In this document: positions 13,223-32,847 of the stretch, one piece after another
Layout: each line of letters opens with the position of its first letter
Position numbering within the stretch: the first letter of the stretch is position 1
NCBI GenBank assembly: GCA_951406725.2
Contig: OX597840.1
Span: 1,612,001-1,676,000 of the forward strand
DNA length: 64,000 nt
Origin: Octopus vulgaris
Lineage: Eukaryota
Reading direction: 5' to 3'
The notes under the pieces: model-generated
The model's database searches: none
What the model saw: only the letters and a program-made list of their open reading frames with translations
What the model was told of the DNA's origin: nothing
Made by a program: the position numbers and the translations under genes

Positions 13223-13429
13223 CAGGTATTTAAGGTATTGTATTTTCTTTGTTTCTCTTCCTCTATACGATCCTATAATCAAACGTGCATGCGATAAGTA
13301 AATAGTTTCACGTTTCCTTATCTTTAATCGTTATATTTTGTCTAACTTCGTAATAATTTTAATTAAAACATTACGACCTTTATCTCAGTAATTGCTTCAA
13401 CAATACGTTTCTAGCGAAAAACCCTACCA

Positions 13430-13880
13430 GCAATGAGCTCGTCTTGTTTTGGATGGTCCGTTTCAGTATTAATCAATTTTCCCATTCTCCTCCTCGATGT
13501 ACTTTCACTTTCGAATTCTCTTCTTTGTACTGCTTTCTCTTCTATTTCATCTTGTCACCTTTGCAATAGAGAATATCTAATTCTTGGATATTCTCTATTC
13601 AATGCTGCTTACTCTTCAGTTTCACCTTGGCGCATTTGTGCTGCTCTCTCTCTTTGGATATCTCTCTTTGTACAATTAGGTCCTCCTTTTCATTTTGACG
13701 TCTTCGAGCCTATCTTCTTGCGTCCTACGCTCGTCTCTCTTGTTTTACTTCTTGTTATTGATTTAAAAACCTTAATGTATTGTTTAATCTCCTTGCGTCC
13801 AGCTCTTCCTCAGAGACACTGGCTGTTCTTCGCCGGTGTCTCTCTATCTAGCTAAGCATCGCCTTCTGTCTGATTCTTTC
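13430..13880 (-). mobile_element. Possible Helitron RepHel N-terminal (R/E-rich repeat) remnant
   Basis: Minus strand gives degenerate RAAQMRQGETEE*AALNRE...DEIEEKAVQRREFESE, resembling ETxEQ-type repeats; several stops. Confidence 0.3.
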
Positions 13881-13944
13881 TACATAGCATGTGGATGAGG
13901 ATATTTAATACAACGGAACACAAACTTAAAAACAATTGAGTACA

Positions 13945-13975
<31 letters not shown>

Positions 13976-13979
13976 ATTA

Positions 13980-14372
13980 GTTTACTCTTTTACTGTTTTA
14001 CTTGTTTCAGTCATTTGGCTGCGGCCATGCTGGAGCACCGCCTTTAGTCGAGCAAATCAACCCCGGGACTTATTCTTTGTAAGCCCAGTACTCATTCTAT
14101 CGGTCTCTTTTGCGAAACCGCTAAGTGACGGGGACGTAAACACACCAGCATCGGTTGTCAAGCAATGCTAGGGGGACAAACACAGACACACAAACACATA
14201 CACACACACATATATACATATATACGACAGGCTTCTTTCAGTTTCCGGCTACCAAATCCACTCACAAGGCTTTGGTTGGCCCGGGGCTATAGCAGAAGAC
14301 ACTTGCCCAAGATGCCACGCAGTGGGACTGAACCCGGAACCATGTGGTTGGTAAGCAAGCTACTCACCACAC
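13980..14372 (-). mobile_element. SINE family B
   Basis: Near-full reverse-complement copy. Confidence 0.9.
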
Positions 14373-15059
14373 ATTCGTAACAACACAAAGTCCAAAATTA
14401 CACAGGATTACTTTAACGGCAGACACACAGAGACGTTTTATTTTTTCCAGCAAAGTCTACGCATTCTCTCTCTCTCTTCTCTCTCTCTCTCTCTCTCTCG
14501 CTCTCTCTCTCTCTCTTCTTTACCGCCAGAAACGGAAAAAGATCTTGAAGACAAACTTCACAAGCTTGTCAAAATTCTTCATTCATAAATATTTACAAAC
14601 ATCACTGTATCTGTAAGTATTTGTAGATAGTAATAATTACCTTCCTTTTAATATTTATCTTTCTCTAAACAGACAATATTATCAAGCTTTCTTTCAATAG
14701 ACAATATTTTAATTTTATGACTGAAAAATTACCACTTATTTACTTATCTTATATTCTATTAACTTTGCAACTTTTTAAGCAGAAAAATCTTCCTGAACAG
14801 TCAAACATCTATAGAGAGACAGAAAAAGCAATTTTCAGGTGCAAAAATCTTATTTACTTATCTTGTATACTGTTATTAATGTTTACCAGAAAAAAAAATT
14901 AGCATTCATCGAATAAAAATGAAAATGTTGTTGAGAGAGAAAGCGGGTGAGAGAAATAGCGAGAGAGTTTGTGAAAGAGAGAGCATGAGAGAGAAAGAGT
15001 GTGTGTGTGCGTCTGTAGATAAATAGACAGAGAGATAGTAAGAGAAAAGTTTTTGTTCC

Positions 15060-15109
<50 letters not shown>

Positions 15110-15239
15110 CTATTTGATACCACTCCTTCTCTCATTGTTATTACCATTTTGCCGCTTTTCTTTATTACTCTTACTCACTCATTCGGGATTTTTGACAAAC
15201 TTACAAACAGGATTAGTATTATAATAGATTTTATGGGGG

Positions 15240-15878
15240 TGGAGGTGTGTCGATCAGCTGCTGTCACGTGTGCGACGGACCCGTCTGTCGGCCGAATCTA
15301 TAGTGATGATCATACCGCCGCCTTCTTTCAATAGGGCAGACAAGGCAATTTTCCTTTGCCTGGTGGCTGTGGCGAAAGAGGTTGTATGGTGGACAAAGCT
15401 GAAAGGCACGAGGACAGATACATTCCTCTTTGGTAGAGCTCTCATTGACTTCTTCAGGTTTCATCTGAAAGGGAAATTGAGAGTGGAGAGGGAGTAGGTT
15501 TCCAGAAAGTTGGGTGAACGTGGCCAAAATGTCAAGAGTGGGTGGTACCTCTCTAAATATAGATCTCTGAGTCGGAGAAAAGGAATTGGAAAGAGGACTT
15601 GCTATTGGGGTTTCAGGGAAATCTCGGACGGTGGGGTTGCTCGGTTATCGTTAGAGACCTCGCCAAAGGAGGTGGGCCACATCTCAATCATCCTCCCCGC
15701 CACTTTGTTTTATATACCGGTGTATGCTATGCACACGTCCATTCATTTTCACTGTATACCCTGTTTACTTACTTCTTTGCATCTTTTATCATTTCATTAC
15801 ATGTAAACCCCCTCACGTTATGACTCTCTTTGCGTTGTCCCCTTCATCCGTGGCCCTTGTGGCAAATAACTGAAATCG
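15240..15878 (+). mobile_element. L1/Tx1-like LINE 3' end remnant
   Basis: PPSFNRADKAIFLCLVAVAKEVVWWTKLKG...LIDFFRFHLKGKLRVERE, then a 3' UTR ending gcccttgtggcaaataactgaaat. Clade assignment is from recalled similarity. Confidence 0.55.
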
Positions 15879-16212
15879 TCATCATCATTATCACCATCAT
15901 CATCATGATCATGATCATATAATTTGCAGAACTATACACAGGACGTCCGCTTGAGATTGAACATGCATATAGTTCTACCGATTACATTTGGGATTATATT
16001 TCAAACCTCTTCGTTTTGGCACGCCAAAATACCGGAAATAAATCTACAGAAAATATATCTCTGCAGTGAATTTTGCTGGTTAGAGAACATGGTTATATAA
16101 GTTTAAATAATAAAGGTGGAAATTTGAATAATATTTCGATTAACATCAATTTAAAACCAGTGGTCTAGCATATTGAAAAATCTGAAGATTCATAAAAAAT
16201 ATATTACATACA

Positions 16213-16393
16213 TATAAGAGGGATGACCAATAACTTGACATCCATTATGCTAGAAGTAGACCCCCTCTGGTCTTACCACTAAGAAAAGATTGTTCTGAAG
16301 AAAATTCATCAAACGCCAGAATGTAAGCAAGCAAGAAAATGAAAAGCTACTTCTAGCATAATGGATATCCACTTAGTAGTCATCCCTCTTATA
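16213..16393. repeat. Imperfect fold-back, ~47 bp arms
   Basis: tataagagggatgacc...tccattatgctagaagtag pairs with ctacttctagcataatgga...gtcatccctcttata. Confidence 0.8.
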
Positions 16394-16769
16394 CATATAT
16401 AGGTATATATAAATATATATATATATTTGTGTGTGTATACTTATATATATATTTGCATTTATATAAGTATACACATAGAATATATATAATTTCATAGGTT
16501 ATAAGAATATAAGCTTTAATATACGTATAACTATTATGTATTAGTTGTATATGTGCATACATAAATAGATATGATAGTATAAGGGATATATATATATATA
16601 TATATACGGATATATGTAAGTATATATATACACACACATAAAAAAATATATATACATACATATATATATATAGATACATAGATTGATAGATATATAGACA
16701 GACATACTGGAAAAGGATTGGTAGATAAATAGATAGATAGATGCACATATATATACATATATACATAAA

Positions 16770-16805
<36 letters not shown>

Positions 16806-17399
16806 TAAATGACACATATTATAAGCAATTTGTGTATATATAAATATGCATACATATTAGCATTTATACATGCCAGTATACAGCATGAAAGATATAAAGT
16901 GGAACAGAGAGAGTAAACGAGGATGGGATTAATAACGAGTAAAATAGGGGAAGAAAGAGTAAAAGAGAGATAGGAGGCGGAGAGTAAGTATTAGAAGATA
17001 ACTAGGAGAGAGAGGGAAAGTAAAAGAGACAGAAGAAATATGGACGTTTGCAAGCAGCAGGAGAGAGAGAGAGAGAGAGATAGAGAGAGAGAGGGGAAAA
17101 GAGGAAAAGAGGAGACAGCGACAGCGAGTGTCAGAGGCACGGTGTCATTAAGAGAGAGAGAATACATATGTGTGCGTGACAGATAGAGAAAGAGAGAAGG
17201 AGAGACAGAGAATGAAAGTAAGACAGGATTCAGTGAAAAAGAGCAGGATGGAAAGTAGCAATGTCGGACACGCTATTTCTTACCCTTTAGCAGAACACCA
17301 TAATTGGTTTGTTAAGGAACCATTGGTATCGCTAATTACCGTCACCGACTGGAATATTTTATTAATGCCAAGAAATATAATAACTTGATTATATAGTAA

Positions 17400-21560
<4,161 letters not shown>

Positions 21561-21854
21561 AAATATTTTAATTCTGTGTAAATATTCTTTCGTAGATTTA
21601 GTATAATTGTGTGTTATATTCCATTTATTTAATCATTCTTTTTTTTTTCATTTTACAGTTTGAAATTTAATTCAATTTTCAATATTTTATATATTTTTCG
21701 TTATTATATTTATCAAAATATAATTTTAAATAATTTTTGACGACTTTTCATTTTATCGTCTGCCACATGTTTACTTCTTATATTCTTGGAACATAATTTT
21801 CATTCATTTTGTTTCTTTTATTTACGCTTCACTTCAACGTCTTCTTTATCACCC

Positions 21855-23854
<2,000 letters not shown>

Positions 23855-23855
<1 letters not shown>

Positions 23856-24230
23856 AATAGGTACCAAAAATCAATTATTGACAGACAAAATCAGAATGGA
23901 AGACTGTAAACGAAGGAGAACAAATCTTGGAATATGCCGGGATTGACTATTACAAAGCTTATGATATGATTCCACATTCGTGGATCATCGAGTTCTGAGA
24001 TCTGTTTGCTTGGAACTTCGAACGATATACGTGTTTCCTGAAGAGAAGTGTGGTGTGATGGAAAACTGAAGTGACATCTCACGGAAAAATTTTGGACACA
24101 CTGGGTATCAGAATAGGGATTTTCCAGGGTGACAGCCAATCATCGTTGTTTTTGTTGTCTGCATGGTACCCCTTGGTACTCAGAAAAATGAACCACGGGT
24201 CCAATTAAGGTGAAAAACCGAAGCAATCAA
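23855..24230 (+). mobile_element. R4/Dong-type (RLE) non-LTR reverse transcriptase remnant
   Basis: GTKNQLLTDKIRMEDCKRRRTNL, IDY.KAYDMIPHSWI and IRIGIFQGDS motifs, with frameshifts. Confidence 0.8.
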
Positions 24231-24420
24231 ACATATTTATATATGTATATTCATGCATATGTGTCGGTATATATATATATATGTATCAATGATTATGTGA
24301 ATATATATGTATACATATATATGTATATATATATACACACATATATAAACGTAGAAGCAGTTGGGCGGTAGGGGACAGAGGGATAGAATCATAATCACAT
24401 TAAGAGGGAGAAATCATATA

Positions 24421-24547
24421 CAGTACGTTTCAAAATACGAACGTTTTTTTTCCATACGTAGCAAGGGTGTTCCCTCAATCAACACTTAATACACACTACG
24501 AAAGAATTTTAAATCTCACCACCTTCGTGGGACACTAACTTGAAGTG
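24421..24547. repeat. Dispersed repeat shared with 26367-26490
   Basis: cagtac...ttcaaaatacgaacgttttt...ccctcaatcaacacttaatac...ccaccttcgtggg...cttgaagtg at both sites. Confidence 0.75.
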
Positions 24548-24824
24548 TCTAATTGAGAAGAAAAACCAAATACTTATTTCCATTTAAATCTAGTACGTAT
24601 TTAACCATCACTTCTGCCGAACTATTATGTTCCATGACGTAAAGAAAAGTACCAATTGCAAAGCGGTTTCGGCAACATGCGACACGCTTGAAACTCAGAG
24701 TACCAATGAGTTTGAATCAAACTGCCTTATCCCTTTGTGGATGATTGAAACTGTATGTCAAACTCTAAGCCATGCGCCTTCACAATACACACATATATAA
24801 TGTATACTGTTACTATTTATTCAC

Positions 24825-25037
24825 TTTACTCTTTTACTTGTATCAGTCATTTGACTGCGGCCATGCTGGAGCACCGCTTTTAGTCGAGCAAATCGACCCC
24901 GGGACTTATTCTTTTGTAAGCCTAGTACTTATCCTATCGGTCACTTTTGCCGGACCGCTAAGTGACGGGGACGTCAGCACACCAGCATAAGTTGTCAAGC
25001 AATGCTAGGGGTGGCAAACACAGACACACAAACACAC

Positions 25038-25068
<31 letters not shown>

Positions 25069-25317
25069 CACATATACGGCAGGCTTCTTTCAGTTTCCGT
25101 CTACCAAATCCACTCACAAGGCATTGGTCGGCCCAAGGCTATATACATATATACGACGGTCTTCTTTTAGTTTCCGTCTACCAAATCCACTCACAAGGCT
25201 TTGGTCGGCCCGAGGCTATAGGAGAAGACACTTGCCCAAGATGCCACGCAGTGAGACTGAACCCGGAACCATGTGGTTGGTTAGCAAGCTACTTACTACA
25301 CAGCCACTCCTGCGTCT
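24825..25317 (-). mobile_element. SINE family B with internal duplication
   Basis: The segment cttcttt...gtttccgtctaccaaatccactcacaagg...ggctata is present twice (~25075-25141, ~25152-25220). Confidence 0.9.
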
Positions 25318-25488
25318 ATAATATACAATATATAACATATTGCTATTTTGCAATTGATTGTGCGTGTATGCATGTGTATGTGTTTGTCTCTGTGTCTTTC
25401 AACATCTAAACTTTCGGTTTGAACAATTTATGAAGGTACGTGATTATTAACAAATATTTATATCGGCAGCATAGCGACGGGAAACCAT

Positions 25489-25521
<33 letters not shown>

Positions 25522-26487
25522 TTAAATACTGATAATAACAGGGAGTGTGTAGATGTTCTCGAAGGACGCAGTGAAAGTTAAATAGAAGCAGAATGGGCAA
25601 CAAATACAGTGTTTTTGGTCTTTTGGTTGCTTACTTTTCCATAGGTACATACGTACCCACGCATCCATAAACACACATGCACACACACACACACACAGTT
25701 ATATATATTCTTGTAAATCTATGAACAATCTATCTCTGTCACCCTACCTCTTTCTCCCTATCTCTCTATCTCACTCTCTCTTTCTCTCCATATATATATA
25801 AATGCATTTATTTATTTATTTTTGTATACAAGTAGATTGATTTACAGGTAAACCCTCAGCTAGAGTGACCGAGAGCATTACATAAAGTCATATAAAAACC
25901 AGAGTTCAAGCACTTGCAGATTTGGGAAAAGAACGTTAAATATGCTTGTGGCTTGTTACACACTCACACGTAGGAACACATACGTTCACATTATATATAT
26001 ATATATATATATACCTGTGTGTTTGTGCACATGTGTGTGCGAGAGCGTGCGTGAGTGTGTATGTGTTCTCAGCAATTTTTCTCTCTCGAAAGATTCGATT
26101 TATTTGGGTCTTTTGTATGTATTCTCACTGACTCCCTATATTCATCGATGTATGACAATATGGCGAATTTATAGCGCAGTTTTTATATCCTTTATCCCGA
26201 AAACAATCTCCATTGATAATCTTGAATATTTTTTTCTCTGGATAGTATACCCGCTGACTCAGATCACCACCAATATTCTTCCTTTTGCAGTGTCTCTTGC
26301 ACAAAAAAACCCCACCGATTCCCTGTTGAGATTCTTCGATACTAACAACTCCGAAGAAATCATTTACAGTACCCTTCAAAATACGAACGTTTTTCTCTAC
26401 CTAGCATGGGTGATCCCTCAATCAACACTTAATACAAACTAGGAAGGTATTTGAAATCTCTCCACCTTCGTGGGGCATCACCTTGAA

Positions 26488-26532
<45 letters not shown>

Positions 26533-27079
26533 GCATACATACATACATACATATCTATATATATATATATATATATTTTTTTTTATATCAGTAAATATGT
26601 ATGTATTGGGAGGGGGTGTACATTCATTTCTCATGATTACCTGATGTAATCCACGGTATTTGCACATTTTGGCTGGATCTACCTCAAGAATTCCTCAGTG
26701 TACGTTGAGTATATAAAAATAGAGACGGAAACGGAATATAAGTGAATCCTTACCGCACACAACGATCGTTTCGACCTATGCGAGTGGAATACTGTGCGAC
26801 TGGTTGTATAGCATCTCTGGGTGCAAAAGTGTCTTGTCAACTGATGATATAAAGGGCGTCTCATTAAATATACCCTGTTAGGATCAGTTTTAATACAGAA
26901 TATTGTTTGTGACCGTAGGAATAAACTGATTTTATTTTCTGAGATACTCCTTATAACATGACGATACACTTCTTCACCGTCGTATGTACAACAACCAGAT
27001 GTACAACATCCCATAAGCGAAGGATCAATGCAGCATGGGTCTAAATGATCGTTGTGGACAATAAAGTTTATTGTATATT

Positions 27080-27494
27080 AAGGCCAAAAAGTCGGATATA
27101 GTTGTAAGAGATCATCCAGGAAAATAATTTGTAATCGATGTATCAATATCAAAAGATGATAATATTACTCTAAAAGAAACGAAGAAACTTTCAATACACA
27201 AAAAACGTGGAAATATATGTAAATCGAGGTAAAAGCAGAAACAATTACTATCATAGTAGGCACATTAGATACGATAAAAAACATTTTCAGAAACAAACAC
27301 AAGAAAATTACCAGGGCTAACAAATGTATTTAACACAGAAATTATCACTATTAGATGCTTCAGACATCCTAGGTAAAACACAGTCAATACAGTAAAAATA
27401 CGAGCATCACAAATAAACCACTACACATACCCAAGGTACAGAGATCTGCGCTCGGCAGTGCAGGAAAATCACGTGATAAAAATAAGACTACGGG

Positions 27495-27495
<1 letters not shown>
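27080..27495 (+). mobile_element. R4/Dong-type LINE 3' end (restriction-like endonuclease remnant), ending at (TAA)n
   Basis: IKAKKSDIVVRD...FVIDVSISKDDNITLKETKKLS...ITIIVGTLD resembles RPDIV...IDVxIPxD..KE.EK...IVGALG. Confidence 0.7.
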
Positions 27496-27558
<63 letters not shown>

Positions 27559-28654
27559 TAAAAACAACAACAACAATGATGATGATGATAATGATAATAA
27601 TATTAATAATATGAATAATAATGTTAATAATAATAATAAATTCCAAATCCAAATCCAAAAGATGATTGTGTTAAAAATTACAGGCTAAAACGTATTGATT
27701 TATGTGTATGTGTATGTATGCATAAATACATATATGTTTATATAAATTTACACGCACACACTCACACACATGCACACACACACACACATATATATATATA
27801 TTTATACATAAACCTACATACACAATTATATTTTGCATATATATATATATATATATATACACAAACCTACATACACAAGTATATTTTTGCATATATATAT
27901 ATACATTTAATGAGCATACGTATGCAATATATATATATACGTATGTACATACAACATGCATACGTATCAAACGAATACATATAGATATATATTCAGGTAT
28001 TTATATACTCGCATGTGTAAGCATATATAGGTATATATGCATACAAACATACAGACATACATAAATGCCTATATACGAATATACATACATACATAAATAC
28101 ATACATACGTACATATATTCATATGATGCATTGATTGGAAAACAAAATGTTAAGATCACATCAAACTGCAACAAAAAACAGAAAACTGAAAAAATTTTAA
28201 AACGAACGTAAATATAGAAACGTGTGAAAATTTAGTAATACAAAGAAGATAGAATTTTAATGATGATTAAAATTGATAAATTAGGTAAATAGAATTTCAT
28301 CCTAAAATTCGATACAGGGAGGTAAAAAAACTTTTTACGTGTTATTTTATTTTTCTCCGATTTTTTTTCTAATTATTCAACGAAATTTTATTTCTTCCTT
28401 CTATGTTTAATAATGTAGAATTTTTATAGTGTATCGTAACTCTTAAATTTTTCTTTCTAGGCTTTGTTCTTTTGTTTTAATTAGTATTTCATAAATATAA
28501 TTCTCATCTACAAAATTACAAAAAAAAAATAATAATAATAAGTGTAAATATAAAAAAAGAATTATACAAGACAAACCAAATAAAATTGTACTTGAACATC
28601 TTAAAAATAATTACAACAAAAGCAACAACGGTGACTACAACAAAAACAACAACA

Positions 28655-28980
<326 letters not shown>

Positions 28981-29287
28981 GATGATGAGATGATGATGTT
29001 GGTGACGATGGTATTACTGCTAATAATAATGGAGAAGAACGAAAAAACTGCTTTAACGTAAACGAGAATTAGCGATAAAAAGGTATGTACAATCTGTATG
29101 AGATTTCAGAAAATCAATCACGAACTTTTTATGTTTTTTTCTCCCTTAGTTATATGTTGGAACATAAATGTTAAAATAAGTATTTATGTATAACAATAAT
29201 CACACAACCGACTCCAGCTACACTAGTATATACTTACATAAAAAAAAACCACACACACGCGCACAAACACGCACACACACATATATA

Positions 29288-29695
29288 GGAGTGGCTGTGT
29301 GGTAAGTAGTTTGTTTACTAACCACATGGTTCCGGGTTCAGTCCCACTGTGCGGCACCTTGGGCAAGTGTCTTCTACTATAGCCTCGGGTCGACCAAAGC
29401 CTTCTGAGTGGATTTGGTAGACGGAAACTGAAAGAAGCCCGTCGTATGTATGTATATATATATATATATATATTCGTGTGTGTGTTTGTGTGTCTGTGTT
29501 TGTCCCCCTAGCATTGCTTGACAACCGATGCTGGTGTGTTTAGGTCCCCGTTACTTAGCGGTTCGGCAAAAGAGACCGATAAAATAAGTACTGGCCTTAG
29601 AAAAGAATAAGTCCCGTGGTCGAGTTGCTCGATTAAAGGCGGTGCTCCAGCATGGCTGCAGTCAAATGACTGAAACAAGTAAAAGAGTAAAAGAG
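29288..29695 (+). mobile_element. SINE family B, full length
   Basis: Head through (gtaaaaga)n tail. Confidence 0.92.
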
Positions 29696-30279
29696 AGATA
29701 TACGTAGGTTTTCATGTGTACATATGTATGTATCAATATGTATGTCTCTATAGACATATATTTCATTTTAGGTTCGTCGAAGTGGGAGTTAGATGCTATA
29801 TCATTTGGAGTGCAATAGTATATGACTATTAAAAAGGTTGCCGGTGCTATGGCATTATTCCTGAGGGAATACAAGGAATGATTTGGAGAGATCTGAGAGA
29901 CAACAATTCAACGGAAAAAGGCACATCGAAGTCAAATTATCTCATTCTCATATAGAAATTTTAAATACACCCGCACACATATACATACATACGTATACAC
30001 ACAAACATATATAGTAAGTAAAATGGAGGAATTTCGATTATCTCCACCTGGTGGGTTCTAATACAAAGGAGACATGAAATAAAAGGGAAACGCACACGCA
30101 TAGTTAAATAAACTTTCAAATGTATTTGATATCATGGTTGTCAACCGGTTTCGCTTTCGCTAATCACGACATTGAAAGTGTTGTACGTTCCTTTATATAT
30201 ACATGATGCGTCTGTGAGTGTAAACACGTAACTGTACATATTATCTTTTACAGCATATATATATTCAAAATGTGACCTC

Positions 30280-30468
30280 TGGTGTACCGCTGGCGATTTT
30301 TTGCCTCTGTCTTCCCTTCTCTGGATCTTTCCTTCTCCTATGTTTCCGACCAAGAGCTCCGCTCAAAACGTTAAACCCTCCTTCTTCCCTTCTTTCATGA
30401 GCGTCCAATAATACTTTATTTGTTCCACGTCCTCGCGTTGTTGTGTTTTCTTGTTTCGAATAAATTTA
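30280..30468 (+). mobile_element. Family D-related pLTR-like repeat with decayed hammerhead-like motif
   Basis: gtttccgaccaagagctccgctcaaaacgttaaac...tgagcgtccaataatac...ttgtt has the same layout as the reverse complement of family D. Confidence 0.5.
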
Positions 30469-30478
30469 TATATATATA

Positions 30479-30694
30479 CTTTATTTAAAGCAGCAGAAAA
30501 TTCAACAAAATCTGTTACTCTGAGTTTCTCGTTGCCGTTCATCAGACAGTTTTTGCTACAATGGAACCGATATATCAATTCAATCCGGATTGAATTGATA
30601 TATCGGTTCCATTCTAGCAAAAACTGTCTGATGAACGGCAACGAGAAACTCAGAGTAACAGATTTTGTTGAATTTTCTGCTGCTTTAAATAAAG
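30479..30694. repeat. 216 bp spacerless palindrome (108 bp arms, one mismatch)
   Basis: Centre caatcc|ggattg at 30586/30587; arms run from ctttatttaaagcagcag to ctgctgctttaaataaag. Confidence 0.95.
30619..30666 (+). ncRNA. Type I hammerhead ribozyme motif (mirror copy on minus strand, 30507-30554)
   Basis: aaaaactgt-CTGATGA-a-cg-gcaa-cg-a-GAAA-ctc-a-ga-GTA-acagatttt: stem I ctgt/acag, intact core, weak stem II, GUA cleavage triplet. Confidence 0.7.
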
Positions 30695-30765
30695 CATATT
30701 ACTCTACCACTGGTATTTGAGTACACTTTTTTCCACCTTGTTTCACATTTATGTGTTTACTCCGG

Positions 30766-30810
<45 letters not shown>

Positions 30811-31267
30811 ATATTTCATAGTTTGTCTCCCATAGATACACATTCATGAGTATATATATATTTGCCTCTCAACCACATGTTCCCAGCTTCGTTCCCAGTG
30901 GGTGACATTTCCGGATATACATGTCTTTTACCTTTTATCTTTTTTATGCCAAATGGTGACGAAGATCAACCTCAATACACAAATAATGAAATCCTATCCA
31001 ACATTTATATATATATTATATATATATATATATATGTGTATGTGTATGTATGTGTGTGTGTGTGTGTCTATGTATACGTATTTTCCCTTCAATTTGGTTT
31101 GCAAGATTCTCTATGTGAATCCGTTTTTAGAAGCATATTTTACTGTCTGGCGAAAGTCATTCTCTTTTAGTGCCTTATTAATTTAACACACTCATTTCTT
31201 TATTTCACTAAAATTTTCGTTGCGTCTTGCAACCTTTTCAACCAGATCCCAAAACGAAATACATAAA

Positions 31268-31520
31268 TAGGGAGAGTTTACGAAGAAAAAGACGAAGACA
31301 GGTGGTGTACGAAACAAACAGATGTATTAGTATAACGCTCAGGAATAGAAAAAGTCTTTTACGTTTCGAGCCTACGTTCTTCTACAGAAAGGGATGTAGA
31401 AAAAACAAGTTGAGAAACAAGGAGAGAAAAAAAAAACATGTTTAGTGGTTAACGATCTATCATGGCGTCTGCCAGACAGAAGGGTCACACACGAGGGGAG
31501 ACGAGAAAATATAGGATGGT
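31268..31520 (-). mobile_element. Dispersed repeat family D
   Basis: Matches 2097-2285. Confidence 0.75.
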
Positions 31521-31577
31521 TTAGAAAGTATAAATATAAAATAATGATAATAATAACAGTTTTACGCAAAGTTCAAA

Positions 31578-31608
<31 letters not shown>

Positions 31609-31857
31609 TAATAACTAAAACATATGCATATATATAAATATATATGTACGTACCTACCTCTACATGTACATATACACGCATATATGAGTACAGGACACCA
31701 AAAAGACGTCGAACACAATGAGAAACGAAAACATAGACACAAGCCCAAGGAACTGGACATTTTTCAAACAGCAAAAAAAAAAAAAAGTACAGGACAAATT
31801 AACACAAAGAAAAAACCCCTTCTTCAGTCGCTATGGTTTCATCTACTCTACGTTTCG

Positions 31858-31931
<74 letters not shown>

Positions 31932-32124
31932 AAACGTATATTAATAACAGTTGTATCGGTGTGTATATGCGCGAGTTGTGTGCCTGTATGCGTGGCTTTT
32001 CTAGCTGCGTGTGTATGGGTATGTCTAGGTGTATTATAATCAACAATATTTGACGTACATCTGCATCACGAGGAACTTCAAAGACTTTTCTAGTCCGCAA
32101 GACATTCCTTGACGTCTGTCTCTC

Positions 32125-32126
32125 AG

Positions 32127-32165
<39 letters not shown>

Positions 32166-32215
32166 GTCAATCTATCTATCTATCTATCTATCTATCTAAC
32201 TGTCTATCTATCTAA

Positions 32216-32267
<52 letters not shown>

Positions 32268-32280
32268 GTATGTATGTATG

Positions 32281-32328
<48 letters not shown>

Positions 32329-32565
32329 AGTATGGTTATCTATCTTTACTCATCTGGTATATGTGTGAGTGTAGAAAGAATAAAATCTCATTATCTCACT
32401 CATCTTCATCATTATTGGCATCGTTCTCAAAGATCCTTTTTATCTGGAATTTATTTTTCAACTTATCCAAATTCCTTTGCCTCTTCTTCTTCTTCTTCTT
32501 CTTCTTCTTCTTCTTCTTCTTCTTCTTCTTCTTCTTCTTCTTCTTCTTCTTCTTCTTCTTCTTCT

Positions 32566-32612
<47 letters not shown>

Positions 32613-32662
32613 GTCTTCTTCTTCTTCTTCTTCTTCTTCTTCTTCTTCTTCTTCATATTTGA

Positions 32663-32704
<42 letters not shown>

Positions 32705-32708
32705 ATTT

Positions 32709-32739
<31 letters not shown>

Positions 32740-32847
32740 TAGTAGTAGTAGTAGTATTGTTATTCTTCTTGTTCTTCTTCTTCTTCTTCTTCTTATTATT
32801 ATTATTATTATTATTATCATTATTATTATCATTATTATTATTATTAT
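32125..32847. repeat. (TATC)n, (TTC)n and (TTA)n microsatellites
   Basis: Direct reading. Confidence 0.95.

Noticed and set aside
12518-13301. His/Thr/Pro-rich protein ORF
   Set aside because: (CAC)n tract open in several frames; no domain or splice support.
24620-24705. Hammerhead (GAAActcagagTA, as at 30645)
   Set aside because: Only the 3' half is recognisable; no CUGANGA upstream.
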